Below are positions 39,788 to 49,850 of a stretch of 64,000 bases of DNA, piece by piece (position 1 is the first letter of the stretch; each line of letters opens with the position of its first letter). Both the position numbers and the translations under genes were made by a program. The DNA lies in IMG/VR virus record IMGVR_UViG_3300031519_006967, positions 36,828 through 100,827 of that record, one strand, 5' to 3'. The notes under the pieces are model-generated. The model ran no database searches and was not told the origin of the DNA. It saw only the letters and a program-made list of their open reading frames with translations. The stretch is from a virus.

Positions 39788-41794
39788 ATGCAAAGTTTCG
39801 CTGAGTATAAACTTCTATTAGAAAAAGATTTACGACCAAAAATTAAAAAATTTCTAACTACTAAATTTGGCGAAGACCCTGCCAACAAAATTGCAGATTT
39901 TGCGCATTCTATATCAGATAAGCAATCTATAGTAATAGCTAATATTATAGCCAATACTATTGTTGAGAAATATAAAACACGCGATGTTGATATAAGCTCT
40001 CCTACCCCGCCTACCGATTGGGAACAACACGTTTTAGATTATCTAGAGGTTCTTCCAGTTTCATTGAGTGCTGTTGCAACATTACTTAAAATTCAAAAAA
40101 AACCAACAGGAATAGATTTCAAAACATTAACATATGACAAAGCCAAAACCCTCGCCGTCCATACATATCCTCACATATCGAGATGGATTGAAGAATCTGG
40201 AGAATTTACTCCTGATGTGACTTGGGATGAGGCTATGGATAAGGCAGATGAATGGTATAGTAAGGAAGCAACAAATGTATCACTGAAAGAAGGTGAAGAA
40301 ATGGTATTGGGGGTATTTGACGGAGAAGATTATATTGATATTGAAGGCACTAAACATTTTTGGGCTGATTTAAATAAGAAGAGTTCTAGTACTGAGATAG
40401 CTTGCGGTACGTGCGATTTGGGGACACTATTCTCATTTAGAACTGCGTCAGGAGAAGTTAAAATGTCAGCAGATATTGATAAGGATGCACCAATATCTGG
40501 TCAAATCTATGCTCAAGCAAATACTAAACCAAAGAAAAAATACCATAGGGCAATTTTATATTTGTTGGGACATTTAGGAATTGAGAAAGTTAAGACTAGA
40601 AGTTATGGAGAGGAGTCCTTCAACCCAAATAATGATCTATCATATGAGGATAAAAAATGGTACAACGAGGAGTTTGATTTAGATATTAAAACTGGGGGAG
40701 TGTCAGATGCTGAAATAGCAGAAGCGGAAGAGGTGTTTGATGACTTTAATAACGAGGCGAAATACGTCAGGGTAGATTGTGAGTTTAATGAGGAATACTT
40801 TAGTCCTAATGTATCAGTTTGTTATGATTATAGTGATTACGAATTAGCAGATGATGGTTGGCAAGAAAGCAATAGAAAGAATCATGATGCATACAAAGAA
40901 ATATTTGGATATGATTTTCAGGAATCATATAATGGTAGTATTTGTGTAGATGTAAATGAAGGCATGGACTATGGCGCAAGCTACTTCAATCCTGAAACGG
41001 ATGATGATGTGGTAGAATGGGCAGGTAGAGTTGTGAGTGATGCAGAATATTATGAACGCGAAGCTGAAGGAGAATGGTCATCTAAACTAGGGGAAATGAT
41101 AGCGGCGGGATTAGTGGAAGAACCTATAGAAAATTTAACATTAACATATCTATCAGTAAGTATGGATGATGAAGATGAAGAAGATAAAGTTTGGAATAAA
41201 GTTTGGAATGAAGATGGATTATTAGTGGATGGGAGGCGAGTTGACTTTGGACATGTTAAATTTAGTAATCCTGAGTTTGTAACAAAATCGGGACAATCCC
41301 CAGAAAGAATTGTAACAATATGGGCAGATATTGATGTATCTAAAACGCTACCTAAGTTTTCTAAAAAAGTAAATACAAATAGAGCAAGACAAATTTATAC
41401 TAAACTATCTCAAGATTTAAATAAATCTAATTTTATAGATAAATGGATAGCGTCAAATGGTAAGAACGATGATGTAAATCAGCTTAAATTTGATTTTTAT
41501 GATGACGATTTGTCAATGGCAGAAGAGGCATCCGATCCTGCCGCAATGAAAAAGCAGGGTTGGGTATTCTACTTTGATTTTCCTCGGTTTGGGCATTATG
41601 ATACACATAACGCCGCCAGTTGGTCACCAGTGTTAAAATTAAAATGCTACACTGACCTAGATACTGATCCTAAAAATAAAAGACTTTTGGAGGCAGCAGT
41701 AGTTGAAGAGAATTACTATCATTTGGTTGGAACTATTAATACGGTTATTTATAGCTGGGTTGGACAGAGGCAAAGAGCAAAACAATCACGTTGA
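39788..41794 (+). CDS. Large acidic protein with CTS-like N-terminus, partly paralogous to 22040-23800
   Basis: MQSFAEYKLLLE; QANTKPKKKYHRAILYLL resembles RANKKPNKIYHDSIIKLL. Confidence 0.7.
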   Translation: MQSFAEYKLLLEKDLRPKIKKFLTTKFGEDPANKIADFAHSISDKQSIVIANIIANTIVEKYKTRDVDISSPTPPTDWEQHVLDYLEVLPVSLSAVATLLKIQKKPTGIDFKTLTYDKAKTLAVHTYPHISRWIEESGEFTPDVTWDEAMDKADEWYSKEATNVSLKEGEEMVLGVFDGEDYIDIEGTKHFWADLNKKSSSTEIACGTCDLGTLFSFRTASGEVKMSADIDKDAPISGQIYAQANTKPKKKYHRAILYLLGHLGIEKVKTRSYGEESFNPNNDLSYEDKKWYNEEFDLDIKTGGVSDAEIAEAEEVFDDFNNEAKYVRVDCEFNEEYFSPNVSVCYDYSDYELADDGWQESNRKNHDAYKEIFGYDFQESYNGSICVDVNEGMDYGASYFNPETDDDVVEWAGRVVSDAEYYEREAEGEWSSKLGEMIAAGLVEEPIENLTLTYLSVSMDDEDEEDKVWNKVWNEDGLLVDGRRVDFGHVKFSNPEFVTKSGQSPERIVTIWADIDVSKTLPKFSKKVNTNRARQIYTKLSQDLNKSNFIDKWIASNGKNDDVNQLKFDFYDDDLSMAEEASDPAAMKKQGWVFYFDFPRFGHYDTHNAASWSPVLKLKCYTDLDTDPKNKRLLEAAVVEENYYHLVGTINTVIYSWVGQRQRAKQSR

Positions 41795-41824
41795 ATCGTA
41801 TAAAATGGTGTGGTATAGTAAAAT

Positions 41825-42220
41825 ATGAAAGACACTTTTGGACACCTTAGAAATATACTTCAAAATAAAGAACAATATACCATTAAGGATGGTGAGGACT
41901 TCGTTCCATTTATGATACAGAGGTGGTGTTCGATGGTATCACCAGAACTTTGTTTTATTTTAAATGAAACTATAAACACACACGCTTCCGCCATGGAAGA
42001 TAAACAAATGTGGCATGATGGATTTTTAGCAATGGTTCCAGCCGTTGGATATAAGAGAATTTCCTATATGAAAAAGGCTAAAAAGGAACATGCAGATGAT
42101 GTTAAGCTTTTAGCTAGAAGATTAGAAATTTCTTGCAGGGAGGCAGCAGTAATGGTAGAGTTAGATAAAGATATGAACAAAAAGGAAAAATCAGTTGAAG
42201 TGTCCCGCAAGCGATCTTAA
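41825..42220 (+). CDS. Clamp loader small subunit (T4 gp62-like)
   Basis: FGHLRNI, FVPFMIQRWCSM, LARRLEISCREA. Confidence 0.75.
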   Translation: MKDTFGHLRNILQNKEQYTIKDGEDFVPFMIQRWCSMVSPELCFILNETINTHASAMEDKQMWHDGFLAMVPAVGYKRISYMKKAKKEHADDVKLLARRLEISCREAAVMVELDKDMNKKEKSVEVSRKRS

Positions 42221-42228
42221 ATACTGTC

Positions 42229-42636
42229 ATGGCATACGAAAAACCACAACCAGTTCATTTTGAAAACACCCAATTTAATCATAATTTTGATTTAGAAGAT
42301 TGGAATATTGATGCAGTATTTAAAGACACCATTTGGATGGAGTTTATTGATGGTGACGATGGAGATAAACAATCACGCGGAGGAGTTATAATTCCTGAGA
42401 ACGCAAGGTCACTAAAAGACTTCTACCGCATTGGTAGGGTTCTTAAAGTTGGTCCAGATTGTTCGGACAGTGTTAGTGCTGGTTGCTTTGTAATTGTACC
42501 TCCAAACTTGGGGATGGTTGGCCTTAAGAAAGGTCCAAATGGCGGTAAATCATTATTCATTCGCGAGGAATTAGTAATGGCAGTAGTATCACCAAACGAT
42601 GATGAAACAGTCAGACGAAAAGAAGACGAGTTTTAA
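42229..42636 (+). CDS. GroES-like co-chaperonin
   Basis: SRGGVIIP mobile loop, GRVLKVGPDC, FIREELVMAVV. Confidence 0.8.
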   Translation: MAYEKPQPVHFENTQFNHNFDLEDWNIDAVFKDTIWMEFIDGDDGDKQSRGGVIIPENARSLKDFYRIGRVLKVGPDCSDSVSAGCFVIVPPNLGMVGLKKGPNGGKSLFIREELVMAVVSPNDDETVRRKEDEF

Positions 42637-42856
42637 TATTACAGACAAAATTACTAGGGAGAACTGGGCTAGGGCGATTCAGACAGAGATAGATTCAGAG
42701 ATTATAAAACGCTTAATGACCGTTGCAAAAAGAACCATTATGAGAGACGAATACGAATCTATTGCGCCTAGAGTGGTTTTAGAATTAATAATGCCTCAAT
42801 CAGTAATCGATTATTTTTATAATAATGGTCCACCCCCACTAGGCGGTCTGGTGTAA
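42599..42856 (+). CDS. Small protein with a gp23-like helix
   Basis: AIQTEIDSEIIKRL. Confidence 0.45.
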   Translation: MMKQSDEKKTSFNITDKITRENWARAIQTEIDSEIIKRLMTVAKRTIMRDEYESIAPRVVLELIMPQSVIDYFYNNGPPPLGGLV

Positions 42857-42889
42857 ATAGTCAGAGCCGTTAATACTTTATAATATTTT

Positions 42890-43561
42890 ATGAACCTACT
42901 ATACAACGTACCAATGGGAACTACTAAGGAATTCAACACAGTCATTGAAATACCCAAAGAGTCCAATCACAAATATGAATATAACCCAGAACTAGAAACG
43001 TTTGAATTGGATCGAATTCTTTTACCCGCGATGAGATATCCTGGTAATTATGGATTTATACCCCAAACAATAGCAATGGATGGTGACGCATTAGATGTGT
43101 TGGTAGTGAACGCTGGAACCATTAATTTGGGAGCAGTGGTTAAGTGTTATCCAATCGCGGGGTTAGACATGTATGATGATGGTAAGCGAGACGTTAAAAT
43201 TATTTGTATGCCGACATTCCACCACCGTAAGGAGAAATTCACTAAAATAGATGATTTTGATCCATACTTTGTTGATCAATTACATCACTTCTTTTCTCAT
43301 TATAAAGATTTTGATAAAAAAGAAGTAGAGATTAAAGGATGGCTAACTAGTGAAGAATGTGAGGAAGTAATTGAGGACTCTACAAAAAGGTTTGGGGATT
43401 ATCAAGAGTCTTTACTATTATCTGCACTGGGTTTTGGTGATATTCAAGGCTCCCTGCTAAATACCAATACTGAGGCTCCTAGCGGATCGCCATTTGATGA
43501 TTTTTTGGGCGACGTATTTAACGACGATTTTTTGGGCGATATGTTTGGTGGATTGAATTAA
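42890..43561 (+). CDS. ppa: Family I soluble inorganic pyrophosphatase
   Basis: IEIPK, KYE, YPGNYGFIPQT, DGDALDVLV, D.KII, HFFSHYK. Confidence 0.93.
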   Translation: MNLLYNVPMGTTKEFNTVIEIPKESNHKYEYNPELETFELDRILLPAMRYPGNYGFIPQTIAMDGDALDVLVVNAGTINLGAVVKCYPIAGLDMYDDGKRDVKIICMPTFHHRKEKFTKIDDFDPYFVDQLHHFFSHYKDFDKKEVEIKGWLTSEECEEVIEDSTKRFGDYQESLLLSALGFGDIQGSLLNTNTEAPSGSPFDDFLGDVFNDDFLGDMFGGLN

Positions 43562-43570
43562 GTATTATAT

Positions 43571-43990
43571 ATGGGTGATACTTTTGGTTATGATATGAAT
43601 AGCCTCCAAACGTTGATGAAAAGCAATGTCGTGGAGGCTAGATTTATGAGACGACATAACAAACCTGGTTGGTCAGGCGTTAGGGGAGCATTTGTAACCA
43701 CAAATTTTGAATTACTTAATGGGGATTTGGGGTTTAGTGCATTACACTTCAAACCACCTAAAGGCGCTGGTATGGGGTATAATCACCGTAAGTATAATTT
43801 AGTGGTTGGTTGGGATATTTTCCGACAAGAATACCGAGTTTTTGCAGCAGAGGGTTCAATTGTTAGAAATTTCTATGATGTGTCCAGCCCCGAAGAACGA
43901 GCCGCATACTGGTTGATGTTTAGGGAGCGAGTTCTACAGTTGACTAGTCGCGAGAAGTTAATATATATGGGCTATACTGGACGTAAATAA
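43571..43990 (+). CDS. Hypothetical protein (SH3/WYL-like)
   Basis: NVVEARF...VVGWDIFRQEYRVF. Confidence 0.55.
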   Translation: MGDTFGYDMNSLQTLMKSNVVEARFMRRHNKPGWSGVRGAFVTTNFELLNGDLGFSALHFKPPKGAGMGYNHRKYNLVVGWDIFRQEYRVFAAEGSIVRNFYDVSSPEERAAYWLMFRERVLQLTSREKLIYMGYTGRK

Positions 43991-44028
43991 TAGTTGAATT
44001 CAATTTAACTATCCTGTAAATATAGCAG

Positions 44029-44400
44029 ATGATAGAAGATGTTTTGGAAAAAGTATTAAAAAGTCAACTTCAAAAGCAATTAGAATTTGAATTGAATGGC
44101 AGAATATATAAAAGAGGTCGGTTTTCCTTGTACCGGATTGAAACATATAATAATAATTACGAGATTACTTTTATGTTTGAAAAACCCAACACCGATAAGG
44201 TAGAACGATTTAAAATTCCTTATCCATTTTCATATGAGCATTATGAGGATGATGGGCATATTTTCTTTGACTACAGGTTAATCACGCTAACCAACAACGA
44301 TGCTGGTATAGCTGATAATTTAAGAGATTTGAGTGAAGATTACTCGAAGTCAAAATACTTTGATAAAATACTCAAGGTCCATTGTAAAATTCCAGAATAA
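44029..44400 (+). CDS. Hypothetical protein
   Basis: 123-aa ORF, TAAATA 6 nt upstream. Confidence 0.7.
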   Translation: MIEDVLEKVLKSQLQKQLEFELNGRIYKRGRFSLYRIETYNNNYEITFMFEKPNTDKVERFKIPYPFSYEHYEDDGHIFFDYRLITLTNNDAGIADNLRDLSEDYSKSKYFDKILKVHCKIPE

Positions 44401-44446
44401 TACCAATTGACCTCTAGTAATTCTGGGGTATATTAAGAGGAAGATT

Positions 44447-44716
44447 ATGAGTGATATAGAACATCGGTTGTTTCCGATTAAAACCCAAATGCAGAAGACT
44501 CTACGGGCGATTACTATGAGCGAAACAGATATTTTCATGGAGGATTATAGGGAGGCACACGCACGATGCCCTAAATGCGGTGGTAATAAAAACGAGCAAA
44601 CTCTTGCGGGTGGATGTGTGAACATGGACAACCCAGAAGAGTATAAAGATACCAACAGGTCGTATTGTCGCGACTGCGAACACATGTGTATTGTTCACGA
44701 TAGAGTTCCCCTATAA
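44447..44716 (+). CDS. Zn-ribbon protein
   Basis: CPKC...CRDC; TTGACC-16-TATATT promoter-like element upstream. Confidence 0.6.
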   Translation: MSDIEHRLFPIKTQMQKTLRAITMSETDIFMEDYREAHARCPKCGGNKNEQTLAGGCVNMDNPEEYKDTNRSYCRDCEHMCIVHDRVPL

Positions 44717-44784
44717 CTTGCATACGTGCATGTAATAGTATGGATAAATAAAATCCACCCAACGGGAATGATAAATACCCCTAT

Positions 44785-46053
44785 ATGATTGGGTTTAAAA
44801 ATTTCATTAATGAAAGCGCGGACATGCATATGCCTGAACTGTTCGACGCACTTGAGAATAAATACACTAATAAATTAGACGGGGTACACTTCTCCAATAT
44901 GCCGGAAGTTAGTTTTAACCCTAGCCCTAGCCACCATGATCCATTAGGTGTGTATGTCTTCCACCGATCATATTTGTTATCTAAGACTAACGTAAATGGT
45001 GGGTTTTATAGTAATAAGTATCAGCACATTATTCGCCCCACTGCTAAAGCAGTGATATTAGATTTGGATATGTCGGAAGATATGGCATCCGACATACTAA
45101 CCAAAATGGGGATACCCCCAGAATACCTACATGACGAAGGTACCTACCACAACAGCCGTGGAGAATATACTATAGGTCATAAATTTTGGGGAAGTATGGA
45201 GAGATTCAGGAACGAGAATAATTTAAGTAAAAATTCTAGTTGGAACACGCTTTTCAGGAAGGCGGGATATAATACTATAGTAGACAGCGGAAATGCAATA
45301 ATACATTCAAATGAACCATACCAAATAGCATATTTAGAGGCAGGAACATTTAAAGTGGTTGAGACGTTTACTAGAAACTCCAGTAAGAAATTAATCAAGG
45401 ATATAATAGATGCCTTTCCCGATTGGCGAGCGCGAACAGGCAAGAGTCATTACAGAGAACCATCATTAAATATGACTAAAACTACTGAGGATGGAAACGA
45501 GGTTAGTATTTTAGTTACTTGGCAATCACATGATAACGTTACCGTAAAAATATACGGCTACGACGAGGACTTTTTAGAACGATATGAGGACTACTCAAGT
45601 ATAGTAGATGACATCTCTGAATTTATTTCTGGAGCAGTGCCAGAAGATCGACCCACTAGGGAGCCTACTGATTCTATGATTAAATATAGTGCGGCGTTTG
45701 GGTTCAAGCGCCCCAAGAAAGAAGATGGGGAGTATGCCATAGTGCGAAAGTATAGAGATAAAACTGAGGGGGATTTACCCATTTTGGTAGCGGCTCATAT
45801 TTGGGATGGAGAATTAACAATTCGTATGTATAGTAATAGGTCATACTTTTGGAAAAACTACCACTACACTTCTGAGGAGATACCCGTAGATGAGAATTAT
45901 GTAGAGGCAACCAACAAGGCATTCGACTCCATACAGAATCTAATAGATAAAGATTTAGAGTCTAATGACTTCGAAAAAGAAGCGAAGGCGGAACTAGCAA
46001 ATAAACATTTAAAATTTTATAGAGATAAAGTATTTGATGCGGATAATGCTTGA
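44785..46053 (+). CDS. Hypothetical protein with CTS-like N-terminus, possible ART-like N-domain
   Basis: MIGFKNFINE; GVHFS...PLGVYVF...GYNTIVD...EPYQ. Confidence 0.55.
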   Translation: MIGFKNFINESADMHMPELFDALENKYTNKLDGVHFSNMPEVSFNPSPSHHDPLGVYVFHRSYLLSKTNVNGGFYSNKYQHIIRPTAKAVILDLDMSEDMASDILTKMGIPPEYLHDEGTYHNSRGEYTIGHKFWGSMERFRNENNLSKNSSWNTLFRKAGYNTIVDSGNAIIHSNEPYQIAYLEAGTFKVVETFTRNSSKKLIKDIIDAFPDWRARTGKSHYREPSLNMTKTTEDGNEVSILVTWQSHDNVTVKIYGYDEDFLERYEDYSSIVDDISEFISGAVPEDRPTREPTDSMIKYSAAFGFKRPKKEDGEYAIVRKYRDKTEGDLPILVAAHIWDGELTIRMYSNRSYFWKNYHYTSEEIPVDENYVEATNKAFDSIQNLIDKDLESNDFEKEAKAELANKHLKFYRDKVFDADNA

Positions 46054-46083
46054 TTCTTTAAGATGGGTAGTGTAAATTTAATT

Positions 46084-46350
46084 ATGCAGAAACACTTATA
46101 TTGGTCATTCCACACTGGGGAATATTACGAGGTATTAGAGGATGAAGTTGAGATGTTGGATAGCTTTCAAGTTAGGTTAAAACAGAGAGCAAAGTCGGAC
46201 TGCAAGAAGTGTTACGGTAGATTTTATATTGGGTTAAATGCATCCACTGGTCTCTACCTACCATGTCAAAAGTGTGGTAAGAAATGTTTAGATTTTGAAT
46301 GGCTGAAGCCAGATGATAACGACAACTCAGTTAATGTATTAGGATTATAA
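46084..46350 (+). CDS. Zn-binding hypothetical protein
   Basis: CKKCYGR...CQKC. Confidence 0.7.
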   Translation: MQKHLYWSFHTGEYYEVLEDEVEMLDSFQVRLKQRAKSDCKKCYGRFYIGLNASTGLYLPCQKCGKKCLDFEWLKPDDNDNSVNVLGL

Positions 46351-46565
46351 GTGGGTAATTTCCTTCTTCTCGTCATTAGTATGAGACACAAACTCGTTTA
46401 TGGCATCACATAATTTTTAAGTTTCCACTGGGAACTCTTCCCCGAAAGTCGATCTGAGCGTGTTTGGGAGACTCATAATATTATAATATTCTTTAACTCC
46501 CTCACTCCATGTATTATATTCTTCAGTAGTCATAAAAATACTTATACTGGTTTAATTTTGTACAC

Positions 46566-46600
46566 AAAAAAGCCGACTCATTTACGAGTCGGCTTTTTTT
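46566..46600. terminator. Bidirectional rho-independent terminator
   Basis: AAAAAAGCCGACTC-ATTTAC-GAGTCGGCTTTTTTT. Confidence 0.85.
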
Positions 46601-46614
46601 ATATTCTTTAGAGA

Positions 46615-47385
46615 TTAGTCAGTTCCGAATAGGTCTACTTCAGGCTTGGTCTTCTTGCCTTTAACTTTAGCTTGACCTTTGCTGTGGAGGTTAGATGTTT
46701 TACCACCTTTCGCCTTACCGCTATAATCGCCCTTCATTTTTCCGTCACCTTCAGAACCTTCAGTATCATCAGGCTTAAAACCTGTGTCTGCTTGGCCCTT
46801 GCTGTTTAGGTTGGACTCTTTACCGCCAGTAGCTTTACCAGAGTAGTTACCCTTCATACGTTGGTCTCCTGCTCCACCATCCCAAGATTCAGTTGGGAAC
46901 TCGTCTTCTAGACCGTCTTCTGCATAGTCATCTTCAAATTCTTCTTCACCGCCTCCAACAATTCCTTCTAGTTGGGAGATAATGTCACGAATCACAGACG
47001 CTGAAACTGAAACAGTTTCATCTCCTTCATCGTAATCCATTTCGTCGTCAGTTGCGTATTCACCTTCTCCTCCAAATTCATCCATGTTTTCTTCAACAAT
47101 GGACCTATAGAGAGCAGCAAACGATTCTTTCTTAACGCCTTTTTTAGCCCCTTTTTTAATTTTTGGTTTTGCGGAATTTCTGGAATCCCCTTCGTCACCA
47201 CCAGCGTAATAAGTTTCGTTACTAAGCTCATCGCCTAAGTCAAACTCCAAGTCGTCGTATTCCACAACGTCTTCTACACCTTCTGGAATTGGTGGGGTTT
47301 CTTGACCTGCATCAGCGCCCTCAAGAGGGGTTGCGGATTCTGTCAAATATTCTTGAACGTAAAATTCTGATAAGTCTCTACTCAT
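46615..47385 (-). CDS. Acidic low-complexity protein, possible prohead core/internal protein
   Basis: Cleavage-like LTE and VEE sites; duplicated MKG.YSGKA.GGK.SNL.SKGQA with a 120-bp period. Confidence 0.55.
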   Translation of the reverse strand: MSRDLSEFYVQEYLTESATPLEGADAGQETPPIPEGVEDVVEYDDLEFDLGDELSNETYYAGGDEGDSRNSAKPKIKKGAKKGVKKESFAALYRSIVEENMDEFGGEGEYATDDEMDYDEGDETVSVSASVIRDIISQLEGIVGGGEEEFEDDYAEDGLEDEFPTESWDGGAGDQRMKGNYSGKATGGKESNLNSKGQADTGFKPDDTEGSEGDGKMKGDYSGKAKGGKTSNLHSKGQAKVKGKKTKPEVDLFGTD

Positions 47386-47457
47386 GAAACTATTTATACT
47401 TTGACTGCTAATTTTTTTGTAAAATAGAAAGTTCTACTGGTTTTTATAATTATTAGT

Positions 47458-49197
47458 ATGTCTAACGAGAGAGTTTACTTATCTAGCAACGAGCAACTAC
47501 CCACCGTAAATTGGACAACGGAGTGGGAACCTTGGATGTTAGATGAGATGGAAAAATGTAATGATGATATTGTTCACTTTGCGGAAAATTACTTTTTTAT
47601 TGTTGACCCTGATTACGGTAAAGTTAAAATTAAACTATATGAGTGTCAAAAGGAAGCTTTAATTTCATTCAAAGAGAATAGATATAATGCTATTGTAGCA
47701 TCTAGACAGATTGGAAAAACCACCATCGTTACGATTTTCGCATTGTGGACGGCGCTATTTAAAAAAGATCAAAACATCTTCGTTCTAGCGAACAAAGAAG
47801 ATACTGCTAAGATGATCTTGTCCCGTATCCGCATGGCATACGAGCAGATGGATAACTGGATTAAATCTCCAATTAAAGAATTCACTAAAACTAAAATGGT
47901 GTTTGGTAACGACTCTTCCATTAATACAGCAGCTACTTCAGAGCAAGGTATTCGTGGACAGGCTTGTAATGTTTTGATTTTGGATGAGTTCGCCTTTATC
48001 AGACCTGAAATTGCACATGCATTCTACGAAGCAGTTTGGCCAACAATCTCACGCTCTAGAACTTCTAAGGTTATAATGTCGTCAACTCCAAACGGAACGA
48101 CTGGTAAATTTTATGAGATTTATTCTCAAGGGGAGTTGGGGGAAGATCATAAAGATTGGAATAATTTTCATACTTCTAAAATTATGTGGGATGAGATGCC
48201 ACGATTTAACGCCAAAGGCGAGATAGATTTCGCAGGATTTAAAAAAGAACAAATTGCGGGTTTCTCTGGTGACATGGATTCATGGTATCAGGAATTTTGT
48301 TGCGTGTTCCATGAGAGTGGAGCAGTTGCAGTTAATTTATCTGTATTGGAAGAACTTAAAAAAAGAATTAAAAAACCAATATACACATTCGATGAGGGCG
48401 ATTACCTTGTTTGGGAAGAACCCCAAGCGGGACACATATATACTATTGGTGTTGATACGGCGGAAGGGCTAGGGTTAGATTACAGCGTGGCCCAAATAAT
48501 GGATATAACCGATTTAACGGACATCCGACAAGTGGCACAATACCATTCTAATATGGTACAACCATATGTATACGCAGAGAAACTTAATAAAATTGCTAGA
48601 GCTTGGGGTAAACCATATATGAGCATTGAGCGTAATGGTTGTGGTGGTCAAGTTATTGATGCTTTATATAATGTACACAAATATGATAATATCGTTCACT
48701 ATGCCATGAATAATGACGCTAGAGGAATGTATCAGAAGATGGGTGTTTATTGCCATACTAATTCCAAATATACTGGAATTATGAATATGAAGTATTGGGT
48801 AGAGACGCTATTAGCAGTTACTATCTATGATAGAGCTACTTTGAAGGAGTATGAGACCTTTAGACGAAAGAATAATGGAACTTGGGCGGCTCAAGAGAAA
48901 TTCCATGATGATAGAATAATGGCGATGATTTGGGCATTATTGCCACTGGAAACGGAAATCGCGCAACGTTATTTTAATGTGTTACAATACGATGATGTGG
49001 GTAAGCCTAAAATGATTCAAGACCCTAATGGGGAATTTGAAAAATATTTAGGGCCACTTTGGGCGGACAACGATCACGCCATTCAAATTGGTGACCCTGC
49101 CCCAATGCTGTTGGGGGTATCTTCCAACGAATTCAACCATACGCCCCACCAAAAGGATATGATGGATATGGGAACGCAGGGTTGGACAATTTTATAA
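47458..49197 (+). CDS. Terminase large subunit (T4 gp17-like)
   Basis: ASRQIGKTT Walker A, LILDEFAF Walker B, SSTPNG, GVDTAEG.G.DYS, HDDRIMA. Confidence 0.97.
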   Translation: MSNERVYLSSNEQLPTVNWTTEWEPWMLDEMEKCNDDIVHFAENYFFIVDPDYGKVKIKLYECQKEALISFKENRYNAIVASRQIGKTTIVTIFALWTALFKKDQNIFVLANKEDTAKMILSRIRMAYEQMDNWIKSPIKEFTKTKMVFGNDSSINTAATSEQGIRGQACNVLILDEFAFIRPEIAHAFYEAVWPTISRSRTSKVIMSSTPNGTTGKFYEIYSQGELGEDHKDWNNFHTSKIMWDEMPRFNAKGEIDFAGFKKEQIAGFSGDMDSWYQEFCCVFHESGAVAVNLSVLEELKKRIKKPIYTFDEGDYLVWEEPQAGHIYTIGVDTAEGLGLDYSVAQIMDITDLTDIRQVAQYHSNMVQPYVYAEKLNKIARAWGKPYMSIERNGCGGQVIDALYNVHKYDNIVHYAMNNDARGMYQKMGVYCHTNSKYTGIMNMKYWVETLLAVTIYDRATLKEYETFRRKNNGTWAAQEKFHDDRIMAMIWALLPLETEIAQRYFNVLQYDDVGKPKMIQDPNGEFEKYLGPLWADNDHAIQIGDPAPMLLGVSSNEFNHTPHQKDMMDMGTQGWTIL

Positions 49198-49205
49198 GTA
49201 TCTAC

Positions 49206-49850
49206 ATGGCAAGAATCATTAAAGAATTTAAAGAAACAAAGCCTTGTGCGTTGGACCCAGAAGAGATTGAAGGGTTTAACCCAACTCAAGAATCTGATCT
49301 AAACGTTGCACGTACTAATAAATTTATACTTGTAATTGATCTCCCTAAATGTTTCCGAAAATTAGAAAATACTGGAGATGGTAGGTCATGCACCGTATTT
49401 AAAAAGGATAAACTACAAATGAATGTATTTGGTAATATTTTACCAGAGATGGAAATGGAGAGTTTAGCAGTTCCTGGGTGGGGACAAGTCCCTAAAGTAT
49501 CGTCCCTTGCCAGACCAGCATGGAAACCTATTAATATTAATTTTACAATTGATTCAAAATACGAAAATTACTACACGATTTATAAATGGATGGACCTTAT
49601 GAATGATACCTTGGATGGTGGGTTTGATCCACATGATCTGTTAGATGATCCTAGAGGACATCTAGCGGACTATTCTACTACGTTCTCTCTATACGCATTG
49701 GGAGAGTATAATGTCCCTAGAACTAGGTGGAATATGTATGGCGCGTTCCCAACATCGTTAGGTTCTTTAAATTTTAATAAAAGAGAGCCAAATGAGTTAG
49801 AGTGTGACTTCACCTATGAGTTCTCCTTTTTAAAAATGGAGTTACTCTAA
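49206..49850 (+). CDS. Tail completion/sheath stabilizer (gp3-like)
   Basis: INFTIDSKYENYYTIYKWM, YGAFPTSLGSLNF; TAAGTA 5 nt before ATG 49206. Confidence 0.75.
   Translation: MARIIKEFKETKPCALDPEEIEGFNPTQESDLNVARTNKFILVIDLPKCFRKLENTGDGRSCTVFKKDKLQMNVFGNILPEMEMESLAVPGWGQVPKVSSLARPAWKPININFTIDSKYENYYTIYKWMDLMNDTLDGGFDPHDLLDDPRGHLADYSTTFSLYALGEYNVPRTRWNMYGAFPTSLGSLNFNKREPNELECDFTYEFSFLKMELL

Noticed and set aside
41186-41209. 12-bp tandem duplication (KVWN twice)
   Set aside because: Small in-frame slippage event with no sign of function
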